This document shows positions 47,006 through 64,000 of a stretch of DNA of 64,000 nt, in pieces. Numbering within the stretch: position 1 is the stretch's first letter; each line of letters starts with the position of its first letter. This stretch comes from an uncultured Candidatus Rokubacteria bacterium (lineage in GTDB: Bacteria; Methylomirabilota; Methylomirabilia; Rokubacteriales; CSP1-6): assembly GCA_963747235.1 (NCBI GenBank), contig CAVVEU010000008.1, forward strand, positions 320,001 to 384,000, given 5' to 3'. The notes under the pieces were generated by a model that saw only the letters and a program-made list of their open reading frames with translations, was not told the DNA's origin and did not search any database. The position numbers and the translations under genes are program-made.

Positions 47006-47275
47006 ATGCGACTGTCCCAGGACAAGAAGAAGGGTCTCATCGAGCAGTTCAAGGTGCACGAGGGCGACACCGGCTCGCCCGAGGTCCAGATCGCGCTGCT
47101 GTCGGAGCGGATCAACGGGCTCACCGAGCACTTCAAGCTGCACAAGAAGGACCACCACTCCCGTCGCGGCCTGCTCATGCTGATCGGCAAGCGCCGCGGC
47201 CTGATCGAGTACCTCCGCAAGAAGGACTCGGAGCGCTACCGAGCCATCACGGAAAAGCTCGGGATCCGCAAGTGA
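47006..47275 (+). CDS. rpsO: 30S ribosomal protein S15
   Basis: [12 protein letters not shown]...[12 protein letters not shown]...LGIRK; GGAGG RBS. Confidence 0.97.
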   Translation: MRLSQDKKKGLIEQFKVHEGDTGSPEVQIALLSERINGLTEHFKLHKKDHHSRRGLLMLIGKRRGLIEYLRKKDSERYRAITEKLGIRK

Positions 47276-47374
47276 TCGCGGATCCCGATTGGATCGATCT
47301 CACGTTCGCCCGGCCCGGCCGGGTCCCTCTCGAAGTCGCAAAAGTGGCAACTATCCTAGGAGGATGCTGACCGT

Positions 47375-49515
<2,141 letters not shown>

Positions 49516-49516
<1 letters not shown>

Positions 49517-50776
49517 TGGCGTATCGCAAGAGCGCGCTGCCCAACGGCATCCGTCTCGTCACCGAGACGATGCCGCATGTGCGCTCCGTGGCGGTGGGCA
49601 TCTGGGTGGAGACGGGCTCGCGGCTCGAGCCCGAGCCGCTCGGCGGCATCTCCCACCTGATCGAGCATCTCGTCTTCAAGGGCACCGCCACCCGCTCCGC
49701 CGAGGAGATCGCCCGCGCGATCGATTCGGTGGGCGGCCAGATGGACGCCTTCACCGCGAAGGAGCACACCTGCTTCTACGTGCAGGTGCTCGACGAGCAC
49801 CTGCCGCTCGCGGTGAGCCTGCTCACCGACATCCTGCGCCAGCCGCTCTTCGCCCCCGCCGATATCGAGAAGGAGAAGGCGGTCGTCCTCCAGGAGATCA
49901 AGATGGTGGAGGACACGCCCGACGATCTCATCCACGACCTGTTCGCGGAGCAGGTGTGGGCCGGTCACCCGCTGGGGCGGCCGATCCTGGGACGCTGGGA
50001 CGTGGTCAAGGAGTTCGATCGCGACACCGTGCTCGGCTACTTCGAGCGCGAGTACGTGCCCGGACGGATCGTGGTGGCGGTGGCGGGCCACGCCGAGCAC
50101 GAGCGGGTCGCCGATCTCTTCGCGGCGGGCTTCGAGGGCTGGGGGCGGCCGACCGCGCCGCACTCGTTCGTCCCGCCCACGCTGCGCTCCGGCGTGCACA
50201 CCGTGCAGAAGCCGCTCGAGCAGGTGCACCTGGTCATCGGGCTGCCCGGCGTGTCCGACACCGCGCCCGACCGCTACCCGCTCTACCTGCTCAACGACAT
50301 CATCGGCGGCAGCATGTCCTCGCGGCTCTTCCAGGAGATCCGGGAGCGGCAGGCCCTCGTCTACTCGGTGCACTCGGGCCAGCAGGCCTACCGCGACACC
50401 GGCGCTCTTCTACGTCTACGCGGGCACGGACCCGGCCAACTTCGGCAAGGTCCTGCACGCGCTGATGAAGGAGATTCGCAGCCTCAAGAAGGACGGGGTC
50501 ACCGCCGACGAGCTCGGCCGGTCCAAGGAGCATCTCAAGGGGAGCCTGATGCTCTCGCTCGAGTCCACGTCGTCTCGAATGAACCGATTGGCGTCTCACG
50601 AGATGCGCTTCGGCTCGTTCATGTCCATGGACGAGATGCTGGCCGCGATCGACCGCGTGCAGATGGACGAGGTGGACACGCTCATCCACCGCGTGCTCGA
50701 CGAGGAGCAGCTCTCGCTCCTGACCCTGGGGGCGGTGGACCGTCGCCACCTCCCCCGCGGCCTGATGCGCTCCTGA
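49516..50776 (+). CDS. M16 family (pitrilysin-like) zinc peptidase
   Basis: [11 protein letters not shown] (HxxEH) and [14 protein letters not shown]; typical position after pnp. Confidence 0.92.
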
Positions 50777-50786
50777 GGAGGCGCCG

Positions 50787-52077
<1,291 letters not shown>

Positions 52078-52081
<4 letters not shown>

Positions 52082-52320
52082 AGGCGCGGGTTCTGGTGCG
52101 GCTCAAGCCCAGCATCCTGGACGCGCAGGGCGTCACGGTGAAGCGCGCCCTGGCCTCGCTGGGCTTCGCGGAGGTGCAGGACGTGCGCGTGGGGAAGGTC
52201 GTGGACGTCGAGCTGGACGGCCTCGGGCCCGACGATGCGCGGCGTCGAGTGGACGAGATGTGCGCCCGCCTCCTCTGCAACCCCGTGATCGAAGACTTCA
52301 CGGTGGAGCTGCTCGGCTAG
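52078..52320 (+). CDS. purS: FGAM synthase subunit PurS
   Basis: LKPSILDAQG...VRVGK...LLCNPVIEDF. Confidence 0.95.
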
Positions 52321-52333
52321 ATTCACGAATACG

Positions 52334-52374
52334 CCCTTGATCCCCTTGTCAGATCGAGGGTGGCAGGGTAGAGT
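52334..52374 (+). promoter_or_regulatory. putative internal promoter with inverted repeat upstream of purQ
   Basis: TTGTCA-N17-TAGAGT; the -35 lies between the arms CCCTTGATC and GATCGAGGG. Confidence 0.55.
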
Positions 52375-52410
52375 GACGGAGTAGCCACACAAGGAGGAAC
52401 ACACGGTCCA

Positions 52411-53124
52411 ATGAACTTCGGCGTGGTGATCTTCCCGGGCACGTGGAGTGACTGCGACTTTCACTACGTGATCAGCGAAGTCCTGCACCAGCCGGTGCGC
52501 TACGTCTGGCACCGGGACGCCAACCTCGCCGATTTCGACTGCCTGATCCTCCCCGGCGGCTTCTCCTACGGGGACTATCTGCGGGCGGGCGCGGTGGCCG
52601 GCCGCTCGCCGGTGGTGGAGGCGCTCCCCGAGTTCACGGCCCGGGGCGGCCTCGTGCTGGGCTCCTGCAACGGCTTCCAGATCCTCTGCGAGGCCCGCCT
52701 GCTGCCCGGCGCCCTGATGCGCAACGAGTGCCTGCAGTACCGCTGCCAGTCGACCCACCTCCTGGTCGAGAACGCGGACACTGCGTTCACCCGCGCGATG
52801 CGGCCGGGCCAGGTCCTCAAGATGCCCATCTCGCACGGCGAGGGGAAGTACCACGCCGACGGGGAGACGCTGCGGGCGCTCCGGGCGAAGAATCAGATCG
52901 TCTTCCGCTACTGCACGGAAGACGGGCGCGTCGCCAAGGAAGCCAACCCCAACGGGTCGCTCGACAACATCGCCGGCGTGATCAACGAGGAAGGCACGGT
53001 GCTCGGGCTGATGCCGCACCCGGAGCGGGCCGCCGAGGCCACGGTGGGCGGGACCGACGGCACCCTGATCTTCCACTCGATCCTCGGCACCCTCGTCGAG
53101 GACGGCTCGTTCCTCAAGCGGTAG
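52411..53124 (+). CDS. purQ: FGAM synthase glutaminase subunit PurQ
   Basis: PGGFSYGDYLR, GSCNGFQIL, NPNGS and GLMPHPER. Confidence 0.96.
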   Translation: MNFGVVIFPGTWSDCDFHYVISEVLHQPVRYVWHRDANLADFDCLILPGGFSYGDYLRAGAVAGRSPVVEALPEFTARGGLVLGSCNGFQILCEARLLPGALMRNECLQYRCQSTHLLVENADTAFTRAMRPGQVLKMPISHGEGKYHADGETLRALRAKNQIVFRYCTEDGRVAKEANPNGSLDNIAGVINEEGTVLGLMPHPERAAEATVGGTDGTLIFHSILGTLVEDGSFLKR

Positions 53125-53152
53125 CGCCACGTGACAACGGGGTGGGGGCGGG

Positions 53153-56805
<3,653 letters not shown>

Positions 56806-56811
56806 GGACTT

Positions 56812-57830
<1,019 letters not shown>

Positions 57831-57838
<8 letters not shown>

Positions 57839-58454
57839 GCCGCTGCGGGTGGCGGTGCTCGCCTCCGGGCGCGGCTCCAACTTCCGCGCGCTGGCCGAGG
57901 CCGCCGCGGGCGGGCGCATCCCCGCCGCGGTGGTCGTGCTCGTCGACGGACCGCGCGGGGGCGGGCGCCCTCGCCGTCGCGCGCGCGCTCGGGATCGAGA
58001 CGGTCGTGCTCGAGCCGGGGCAGCATCCCTCGCGCGAGGCGCACGAGAAGGCGATGATCGCGGCGCTCGAGGAGCGGCGCGTCGGCCTCGTGTGTCTCGC
58101 CGGCTACATGCGGCTCCTGAGCCCGGGCTTCGTCGACCACTTCGCGGGCCGGCTCCTCAACATCCACCCCTCGCTCCTCCCGGCCTTCCCGGGCCTGCAC
58201 CCGCAGCGCCAGGCGCTCGAGCACGGGGCCCAGCGTGTCCGGGCGCCACCGTGCACTTCGTGGACGACGGCGTGGACACCGGCCCCATCGTGCTGCAGGC
58301 CGCGGTGCCGGTGATGACGGACGACACCGAGGCCACGCTCGCGGACCGGATCCTCGTCGAGGAGCACCGCCTCTACCCGGAGGCGGTCCGCCTCTTCGCG
58401 CAGGGGCGGCTCGAGCTCCGCGGCCGCCGCGTCCGGATCAGGGAGACCCCATGA
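57831..58454 (+). CDS. purN: phosphoribosylglycinamide formyltransferase
   Basis: [25 protein letters not shown] and GATVHFV..GVDTGPI. Confidence 0.95.
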
Positions 58455-60041
58455 CTCGAGTGCGACGCGCCCTCCTGAGCGTGCACGACAAGACCGGCGT
58501 GGTGGAGTTCGCCCGCGGCCTGGCCGCCCTCGGCGCCGAGATCCTCTCCACCGGCGGCACCGCGAAGCTCCTGCGCGAGTCCGGCGTGCCCGTGGTGGAC
58601 GTGGCCGAGGTCACCGGCTTTCCCGAGATGCTCGACGGCCGGGTGAAGACGCTGCACCCGAACGTCCACGGCGGCATCCTGGCCCGCCGCGAGCTGCCCG
58701 AGCACGTGGCCGCGCTCGAGCGGCACGGCATCCGGCCGATCGACCTCGTCGCGGTGACCCTCTATCCGTTCGAGAAGACGGTGGCGCGGCCGGGCGTGTC
58801 GCTCGAGGAGGCGATCGAGAACATCGACATCGGCGGGCCCAGCATGATCCGGGGCGCGGCCAAGAACCACGCGCACGTCGCGGTGGTCACCGATCCCGCC
58901 CAGTACGGTCCCGTGCTGGAGGAGCTGCGGCGCGGCGACGGGACGCTGGCCGACGCCACGCGCTTCCGGCTGGCCGCCGAGGCCTTCCGGCGCACCGCCC
59001 AGTACGACGCGGCGATCGCGGCCTACCTCCGCGATCCGGGCGCGGCCGGGCGGCCCGCCGCGGTGACCTCGGCGGGCTTTCCCGAGCGCCTGCCCGTGGA
59101 CGGCGCGCTCGCCCAGACGCTGCGCTACGGCGAGAACCCGCACCAGGCGGCCGCGTTCTACCGCCCGTCCGCGGGCGCCGCTCGGCCTCAGCGCGGCCAC
59201 CCAGCTCCACGGCCCCGAGCTCTCGTACAACAACCTGCTCGACTGGTCGGCGGCGCTCGGCCTGCTGCTCGAGTTCGACGATCCGGCCGCGGTGGTGATC
59301 AAGCACACCAATCCCTGCGGCGTGGCGCTCGGCCAGAGCGCGGGCGAGGCCGCGCGCAAGGCCAAGGCCTGTGATCCGGTCTCCATCTACGGCGGCATCG
59401 TGGGGCGTGAACCGGACGGTGGACCTCGAGGTGGTGAAGGAGCTCTCCGGCATCCTGCTCGAGATCCTCTTCGCCCCCGCCTACGAGCCGGACGCGCTCG
59501 AGGAGATCCGCCGGACCAAGAAGAAGTGCCGGGTGTTCCAGCTCCCGTGCGCGCGGGCCGACTACCCGGCGCGCGATGCGCGAGGTCCGGAGCGTCTGGG
59601 GCGGGGTGCTGCTCCAGGAGGCCGATCTCACCGATCTCGATCCGGCCGCGCTCAAGGTGGTCTCGAAGCGCCCGCCCACCGAGGCGGAGCTGCGCGGCCT
59701 GCGCTTCGCGCTGGCGGGTGGCCAAGCACGCCAAGTCCAACGCGATCGTGCTCACGACGGGCGATCAGGTCGTCGGGGTGGGCGCCGGGCAGATGAACCG
59801 GGTGGACTCGGCGCGCATCGCGGTCATGCGCGCGCGCGAGCTGGGGCTCGAGACCCGAGGCTCGGTCTGCGCCTCCGACGCGTTCTTCCCGTTCCGCGAC
59901 GGGCTCGACGTGGTGGCCAAGGCGGGCGCCACCGCGGTCATCCATCCCGGCGGCTCGGTCCGGGACGAGGAGATCGTGGCGGCCGCGGATGAGCACGGCA
60001 TGGCCATGGTGGTGTGCGGGATTCGCCATTTCAAGCACTAG
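58451..60041 (+). CDS. purH: bifunctional AICAR transformylase/IMP cyclohydrolase (apparent indels)
   Basis: [42 protein letters not shown] and RHFKH. Confidence 0.96.
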
Positions 60042-60954
60042 CCCTCCGCTCGAACGGGTCTTCACGCTGCGGGAGCTGACGCGGCTGCTGCGCCTCTCTC
60101 CCAAGCGCCGCTCGCAGCTCCGGCGCCTGGGCCTGCTGCGCGACGACCCGGGCGGCCTGCGCTTCCGCGAGCTGGTCTCGGTGCGCGCGGCCGCGAACCT
60201 GCTCGAGAGCGGGGCGAGCGTGCGCCAGGTGCGCGCCGCGCTCGACGGGGCCCGTCGCCTCGCCCCCGACGTGCGGACGCCGCTGGCCGAGCTGCGCCTG
60301 GTCGTCCGCGATCGGCAGGTGGTGGTCGAGCAGGACCGGCTGCGGCTCGATCCGGGCACCGGCCAGACCCTGCTCGCCTTCGAGCCCGTCGGGGACCTCG
60401 AGCGCGAGACCCGGGAGACGCTGCTGACCGGGATGGTGCGCCCGCTCATCCCGCCCGCCGACGCCGCCGAGGTGTGGTTCCAGCGCGCGTCGGAGTGGGA
60501 CGGCGACCCGGAGCGCTGGGAATCCGCGGTGGACGCCTACGAGCGCGTGCTCGACATGGATCCGGGCTACGCGGCGGCCTGGAACAACCTGGGCCTTCTC
60601 CATCACCGGATGGGGCAGTACGAGCGGGCCGGGGAGTGCTACCGGGCCGCGCTCGAGGCCGACGAGAGCTGCTGCCAGGCGTCCTTCAACCTGGGCTCGC
60701 TCCACGAGGACCTGGGCGATTTCCAGGTCTCGGTCACCTGGTACCGGCGCGCGCTCGAGATGGACGCCGACTACGCGGACGCCCACTTCAACCTGGCGGG
60801 CGTGCTCGCCAAGATGGGCCGGGCCGAGAGCGCGGCGGTGCACTGGCGGCGCTACCTCGAGCTCGACCTGGGCAGCCCGTGGGCCAAGATCGCGCGCGCG
60901 CACCTGGAGGAGGGCGCCGAGCCCTCCGGCGCCGACACGGAGACCGACGAGTGA
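60042..60954 (+). CDS. MerR-like HTH plus TPR repeat protein (start codon not evident)
   Basis: FTLRELTRLLRLS...LRRLGLL...FREL HTH-like N-terminus; TPRs AWNNLG, ASFNLG and AHFNLA; TGA overlaps the purD GTG. Confidence 0.72.
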
Positions 60955-62231
60955 CCGACGTGCTCCTGGTGGGCGGCGGCGGGCGCGAGCACGCGCTGGC
61001 CTGGAAGCTCGCGCAGAGCCCGCGCCTCGGCCGCATGATCGCGGCGCCCGGCAATCCCGGCATCGCCGCGCACGCCCGGTGCGTCCCGGTGAAGGACACC
61101 GCGATTGACGAGCTGGTGGCGCTCGCGCGCCGGGAGCGGCCCGACCTGGTGGTGGTGGGGCCCGAGGTGCCGCTCGCGCTGGGGCTCGCCGACCGGCTAC
61201 GCGAGGCCGGGTTCGCGGTGTTCGGACCGAGCGCGGCGGCCGCGCGTCTCGAGAGCTCGAAGGCCTTCTCCAAGGAGCTGATGGCCCGCCACGGCATGCC
61301 CACCGCGCGCTTCCGCACCTTCCAGGACGCGGCGGCGGCGCGAGCGTACTGCCGCGAGCTGGGCGCGCCCCTGGTGGTGAAGGCCGACGGGCTCGCGGCG
61401 GGCAAGGGCGTCATCGTGTGCCGCTCGCTCGACGAGGCCGACCGGGCGCTCGCCCTCTGCTTCGAGGAGCGCGCCTTCGGCGTCTCGGGCCTCACGGTGG
61501 TGGTGGAGGAGTTCCTCGAGGGCGAGGAGGCGTCCTTCTTCGCGATCGCCGACGGGGCCGCGGTCCTGCCGCTCGCGGCGGCGCAGGACCACAAGACGGT
61601 CTTCGACGACGACCGGGGACCCAATACCGGCGGCATGGGCGCCTACTCGCCGACGCCGGTCATGAGCGACGCCATGCAGGACCGCGTCATGGCCGAGATC
61701 GTGCGGCCGGTGATCGCGGCGATGGGCAAGGAGGGCGCGCCCTACACCGGCGTGCTCTTCGTCGGCCTGATGATCACGCGCGAGGGGCCGAAGGTCATCG
61801 AGTTCAACTGCCGCTTCGGCGACCCGGAGTGCCAGGCGATCATGCCGCGCCTCGAGGGAGACCTGCTGGACCTGCTGCAGGCCGCCGCCACCGGGCAGGG
61901 GCTGCCCGCCGCGCTCGCGTGGAGCCCGGGGACTTCCGTCTGCGTGGTGATGACCTCCGCCGGCTATCCGGGCCGCTACGAGACGGGCCGCCCCATCACG
62001 GGCGTCGCCGGGGCCGCCGCGCTGCCCGGCATCAACGTCTTCCACGCGGGCACCGCGATGGCGGGCGACGCGCTCGTCACCGCGGGGGGCCGCGTGCTCG
62101 GCGTGCAGGCCATGGGCCGCGACGTGGCCTCCGCGATCCGCGCGGCCTATGCCGGCGTCGAGCGCATCCGCTTCGACGGCGCCCACTACCGCCGGGACAT
62201 CGGCCATCACGCGCTGAGGCGCATCGGGTGA
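60951..62231 (+). CDS. purD: phosphoribosylamine--glycine ligase
   Basis: GGGGREHAL, KADGLAAGKGV, QDHK, GPNTGGMGAY, EFNCRFGDPE and YRRDIG. Confidence 0.97.
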   Translation: MTDVLLVGGGGREHALAWKLAQSPRLGRMIAAPGNPGIAAHARCVPVKDTAIDELVALARRERPDLVVVGPEVPLALGLADRLREAGFAVFGPSAAAARLESSKAFSKELMARHGMPTARFRTFQDAAAARAYCRELGAPLVVKADGLAAGKGVIVCRSLDEADRALALCFEERAFGVSGLTVVVEEFLEGEEASFFAIADGAAVLPLAAAQDHKTVFDDDRGPNTGGMGAYSPTPVMSDAMQDRVMAEIVRPVIAAMGKEGAPYTGVLFVGLMITREGPKVIEFNCRFGDPECQAIMPRLEGDLLDLLQAAATGQGLPAALAWSPGTSVCVVMTSAGYPGRYETGRPITGVAGAAALPGINVFHAGTAMAGDALVTAGGRVLGVQAMGRDVASAIRAAYAGVERIRFDGAHYRRDIGHHALRRIG

Positions 62232-62320
62232 GCATGCGGACGTTCTCGACTGGCGCCTCCACGGTGATGCGCGCCTCCGGCGCGCCGGCTGGTCATCACG
62301 CGCTGAGGCGCATCGGGTGA
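62228..62320 (+). CDS. repeat-encoded 30-aa mini-ORF 1 (MSMRTFSTGASTVMRASGAPAGHHALRRIG)
   Basis: GTG overlaps the purD TGA (GTGA); its TGA overlaps the next GTG. Translation is not demonstrated. Confidence 0.4.
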   Translation: MSMRTFSTGASTVMRASGAPAGHHALRRIG

Positions 62321-62409
62321 GCATGCGGACGTTCTCGACTGGCGCCTCCACGGTGAGGCGCGCCTGCGGCGCGCCGGCCGGCCATCACGCGCTCGGACGG
62401 ATCGGGTGA
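62317..62409 (+). CDS. repeat-encoded 30-aa mini-ORF 2 (MSMRTFSTGASTVRRACGAPAGHHALGRIG)
   Basis: GTGA overlaps at both ends, the last one with the tsaC start. Translation is not demonstrated. Confidence 0.4.
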   Translation: MSMRTFSTGASTVRRACGAPAGHHALGRIG

Positions 62410-63047
62410 GCACGCCGACGATCTCGACCCGTGTCGTCCGCGTGGATCCGGTGGGGCCCGATCGATCCGTGATGCGCGCCGCCGCTGCGCGCATCCAGGC
62501 GGGTGGGCTCGTGGCCTTCCCCACCGAGAGCTTCTACGGCCTGGGCGCCGACGCGCTCGATCCCGCCGCGATCGCGCGCGTCTTCGAGATCAAGGGCCGA
62601 CCGGACGACAAGCCGCTGCTCGTGCTGGTGGATTCGATCGACATGGTGACGGAGCTGGCCGCCGCGATCCCCGACGGCGCGCGCGCCCTGATGGCGCGGC
62701 ACTGGCCGGGCGCGCTCACCCTGGTGCTCCGGGCCGCCGCGCGCGTGCCCGCCGGGCTCACCGGCGGCACCGGCACCGTCGGCGTGCGCCTGCCGGGGCA
62801 CGCGGTGGCGCGCGCGCTCGTCGCCGCGGCCGCACGGCCGGTCACCGCGCCCAGCGCGAACCCGGACGGGGCGCCGCCGCCGCGGACCGCGGGCGACGTG
62901 CGCGGGTACTTCGACGGGCGCGTGGAGCTGATCCTGGACGGCGGGACCACCGCCGGCGGCGCGGGCTCCACCGTCGCGGACTGCACGGTCTGGCCTCCGC
63001 GCATCCTGCGGCAGGGGCCGGTGATCGTCGAGGCCTCATGCGGATAA
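62406..63047 (+). CDS. tsaC: L-threonylcarbamoyladenylate synthase (TsaC/Sua5 YrdC domain)
   Basis: VAFPTESFYGL, KGRPDDKPL, WPGALT, APSAN and STV...ILRQG. Confidence 0.93.
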   Translation: MSTPTISTRVVRVDPVGPDRSVMRAAAARIQAGGLVAFPTESFYGLGADALDPAAIARVFEIKGRPDDKPLLVLVDSIDMVTELAAAIPDGARALMARHWPGALTLVLRAAARVPAGLTGGTGTVGVRLPGHAVARALVAAAARPVTAPSANPDGAPPPRTAGDVRGYFDGRVELILDGGTTAGGAGSTVADCTVWPPRILRQGPVIVEASCG

Positions 63048-63650
63048 CCGGAGTCATCCAGGCGGGCGGGCGGAGCACCCGCATGGGCGGCCGGCCGAAG
63101 GCCCTGCTGGAGCTGGGCGGCCGGCGCATCATCGACCGCGTCGCGCACGTCATGCGGCAGGTCGCCGACGATCTGCTGATCGTGACCAACACCCCCGAGC
63201 TCTACGCCTCGCTCGGCCTGCCGATGGTGCCCGACGTCTTCCCCGATCACGGCTCGCTGGGCGGCATCTACTCGGGCCTGCAGGCGGCGTCCGGCGACGC
63301 CGCGTTCACGGTGGCGTGCGACATGCCGTTCCTCGATGCCGGAGGTGGCGCGCCTGGTCACGGAGCGGGCGGGCCGAGCCGACGTGGTCGTCCCGCGGGT
63401 CGGCGAGCAGTGGGAGACGCTCCACGCCTGCTACGGAAAGGCCTGCCTGGCGCCGATCGAGACGCGGCTCCGCGCCGGACGGCTCAAGATCATCGGCTTC
63501 TACGACGAGGTGCGCGTGCTCGCCATCTCCGCGGGCGAGGTCGCCCGCTTCCGGGCCCCCGAGGTCGTGTTCATGAACGTCAACACCCCGGAGGAGCTCG
63601 AGGCCGCGCGCCTGCTCCTCCCCGCGCTCGAACCGGTGGGAGGTCGCTAG
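63038..63650 (+). CDS. mobA: molybdenum cofactor guanylyltransferase (one apparent indel)
   Basis: QAGGRSTRMGG.PKALL, GSLGGI, VACDMPF and FMNVNTPEE. Confidence 0.88.
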
Positions 63651-63659
63651 GGCCGCCCC

Positions 63660-64000
63660 ATGGACGCGCGCGTCGAGGGGCTCGGGCTCGGCTCGATCCA
63701 GGAGATCAACGCGCTGCCGCGCGAGGTCGTCGGAGGCGCTCTACGCGCGCCTGGTGCCGGAGGAGCTGCTCGACCGCTTCGCCATCGACCCGCTCACGCT
63801 CTGCGACAAGGCGGGCGCGCGCCTGGTGCGGGTGACCGCCCCCGCGGACAGCCGTGGGCGCGCGTGGAGGTGCGGTCGAGCCCGGAGGACCGCGATCCCG
63901 CCCTGCTGGTGGACGTGGAGATGTCGCCGCTCTCGGTGCCGGAGCTGGCCTTCGTGCAGATCACCGACCCCGCGGGCGCCCGCTACGCGATCGACCGCGA
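63660..64000 (+). CDS. hypothetical protein, 5' part (runs off the window)
   Basis: Stitched frame with GC3-biased codons: MDARVEGLGLGSIQEINALP...LYARLVPEELLDRFAIDP...ELAFVQITDP. Confidence 0.6.
   Translation, partial: MDARVEGLGLGSIQEINALPREVVGGALRAPGAGGAARPLRHRPAHALRQGGRAPGAGDRPRGQPWARVEVRSSPEDRDPALLVDVEMSPLSVPELAFVQITDPAGARYAIDR

Larger units (their letters stand above)
62202..62428 (+). repeat. 89-bp tandem repeat (about 2.5 units) spanning the purD/tsaC junction
   Basis: Units start at 62202, 62291 and 62380; by my manual alignment units 1 and 2 differ at 4 of 89 positions and the partial third differs at about 7 of 49. Confidence 0.92.

Noticed and set aside
62202-62428. CRISPR array interpretation of the tandem repeat
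   Set aside because: The whole 89-bp unit repeats with no unique spacers, there are only about 2.5 units, and no cas genes are present.

Overview
A very GC-rich bacterial chromosomal segment. Its composition and gene content would fit Methylomirabilota/Ca. Rokubacteria, but that is an inference and is not testable here. Many genes, including essential ones, carry scattered single-base indels that look like long-read consensus errors, so several coordinates are stitched across frames and are approximate. From start to end the window holds: the end of an isc cluster (hscB-hscA-fdx-iscX); a dsrEFH/tusDCB-like trio divergent from iscS-iscU'-cysE-HTH; DNA polymerase IV; two uncharacterised ferritin-like proteins heading a biotin carboxylase/aliA-badH-badK-aliB-like CoA-dependent catabolic cluster; a DinB-family gene and an LLM oxidoreductase; a stand-alone RpoD-like sigma factor; yceI; an ACT-malic enzyme; GT2, aminotransferase, HIT, GT-C and nth. 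A long housekeeping block follows: rplM-rpsI-argC-argJ-rpsB-tsf-pyrH-frr-uppS-cdsA-dxr-rseP-ferredoxin-proS-rimP-nusA-ylxR-infB-DUF503-rbfA-nrnA-truB-ribF-rpsO-pnp-M16 peptidase-purBSQLFMNH-(HTH-TPR)-purD-tsaC-mobA. The most notable observations are (1) an 89-bp tandem repeat between purD and tsaC whose units are 30-codon mini-ORFs chained by GTGA stop/start overlaps (MIRU-like), (2) a ferritin-like diiron pair with PaaA-like motifs linked to an alicyclic acyl-CoA pathway, (3) a dispersed hairpin repeat present twice, 26 kb apart, and (4) a DsrEFH-like sulfur relay back-to-back with IscS and an IscU that lacks its third cysteine. I saw no tRNA, rRNA, CRISPR array or transposase.
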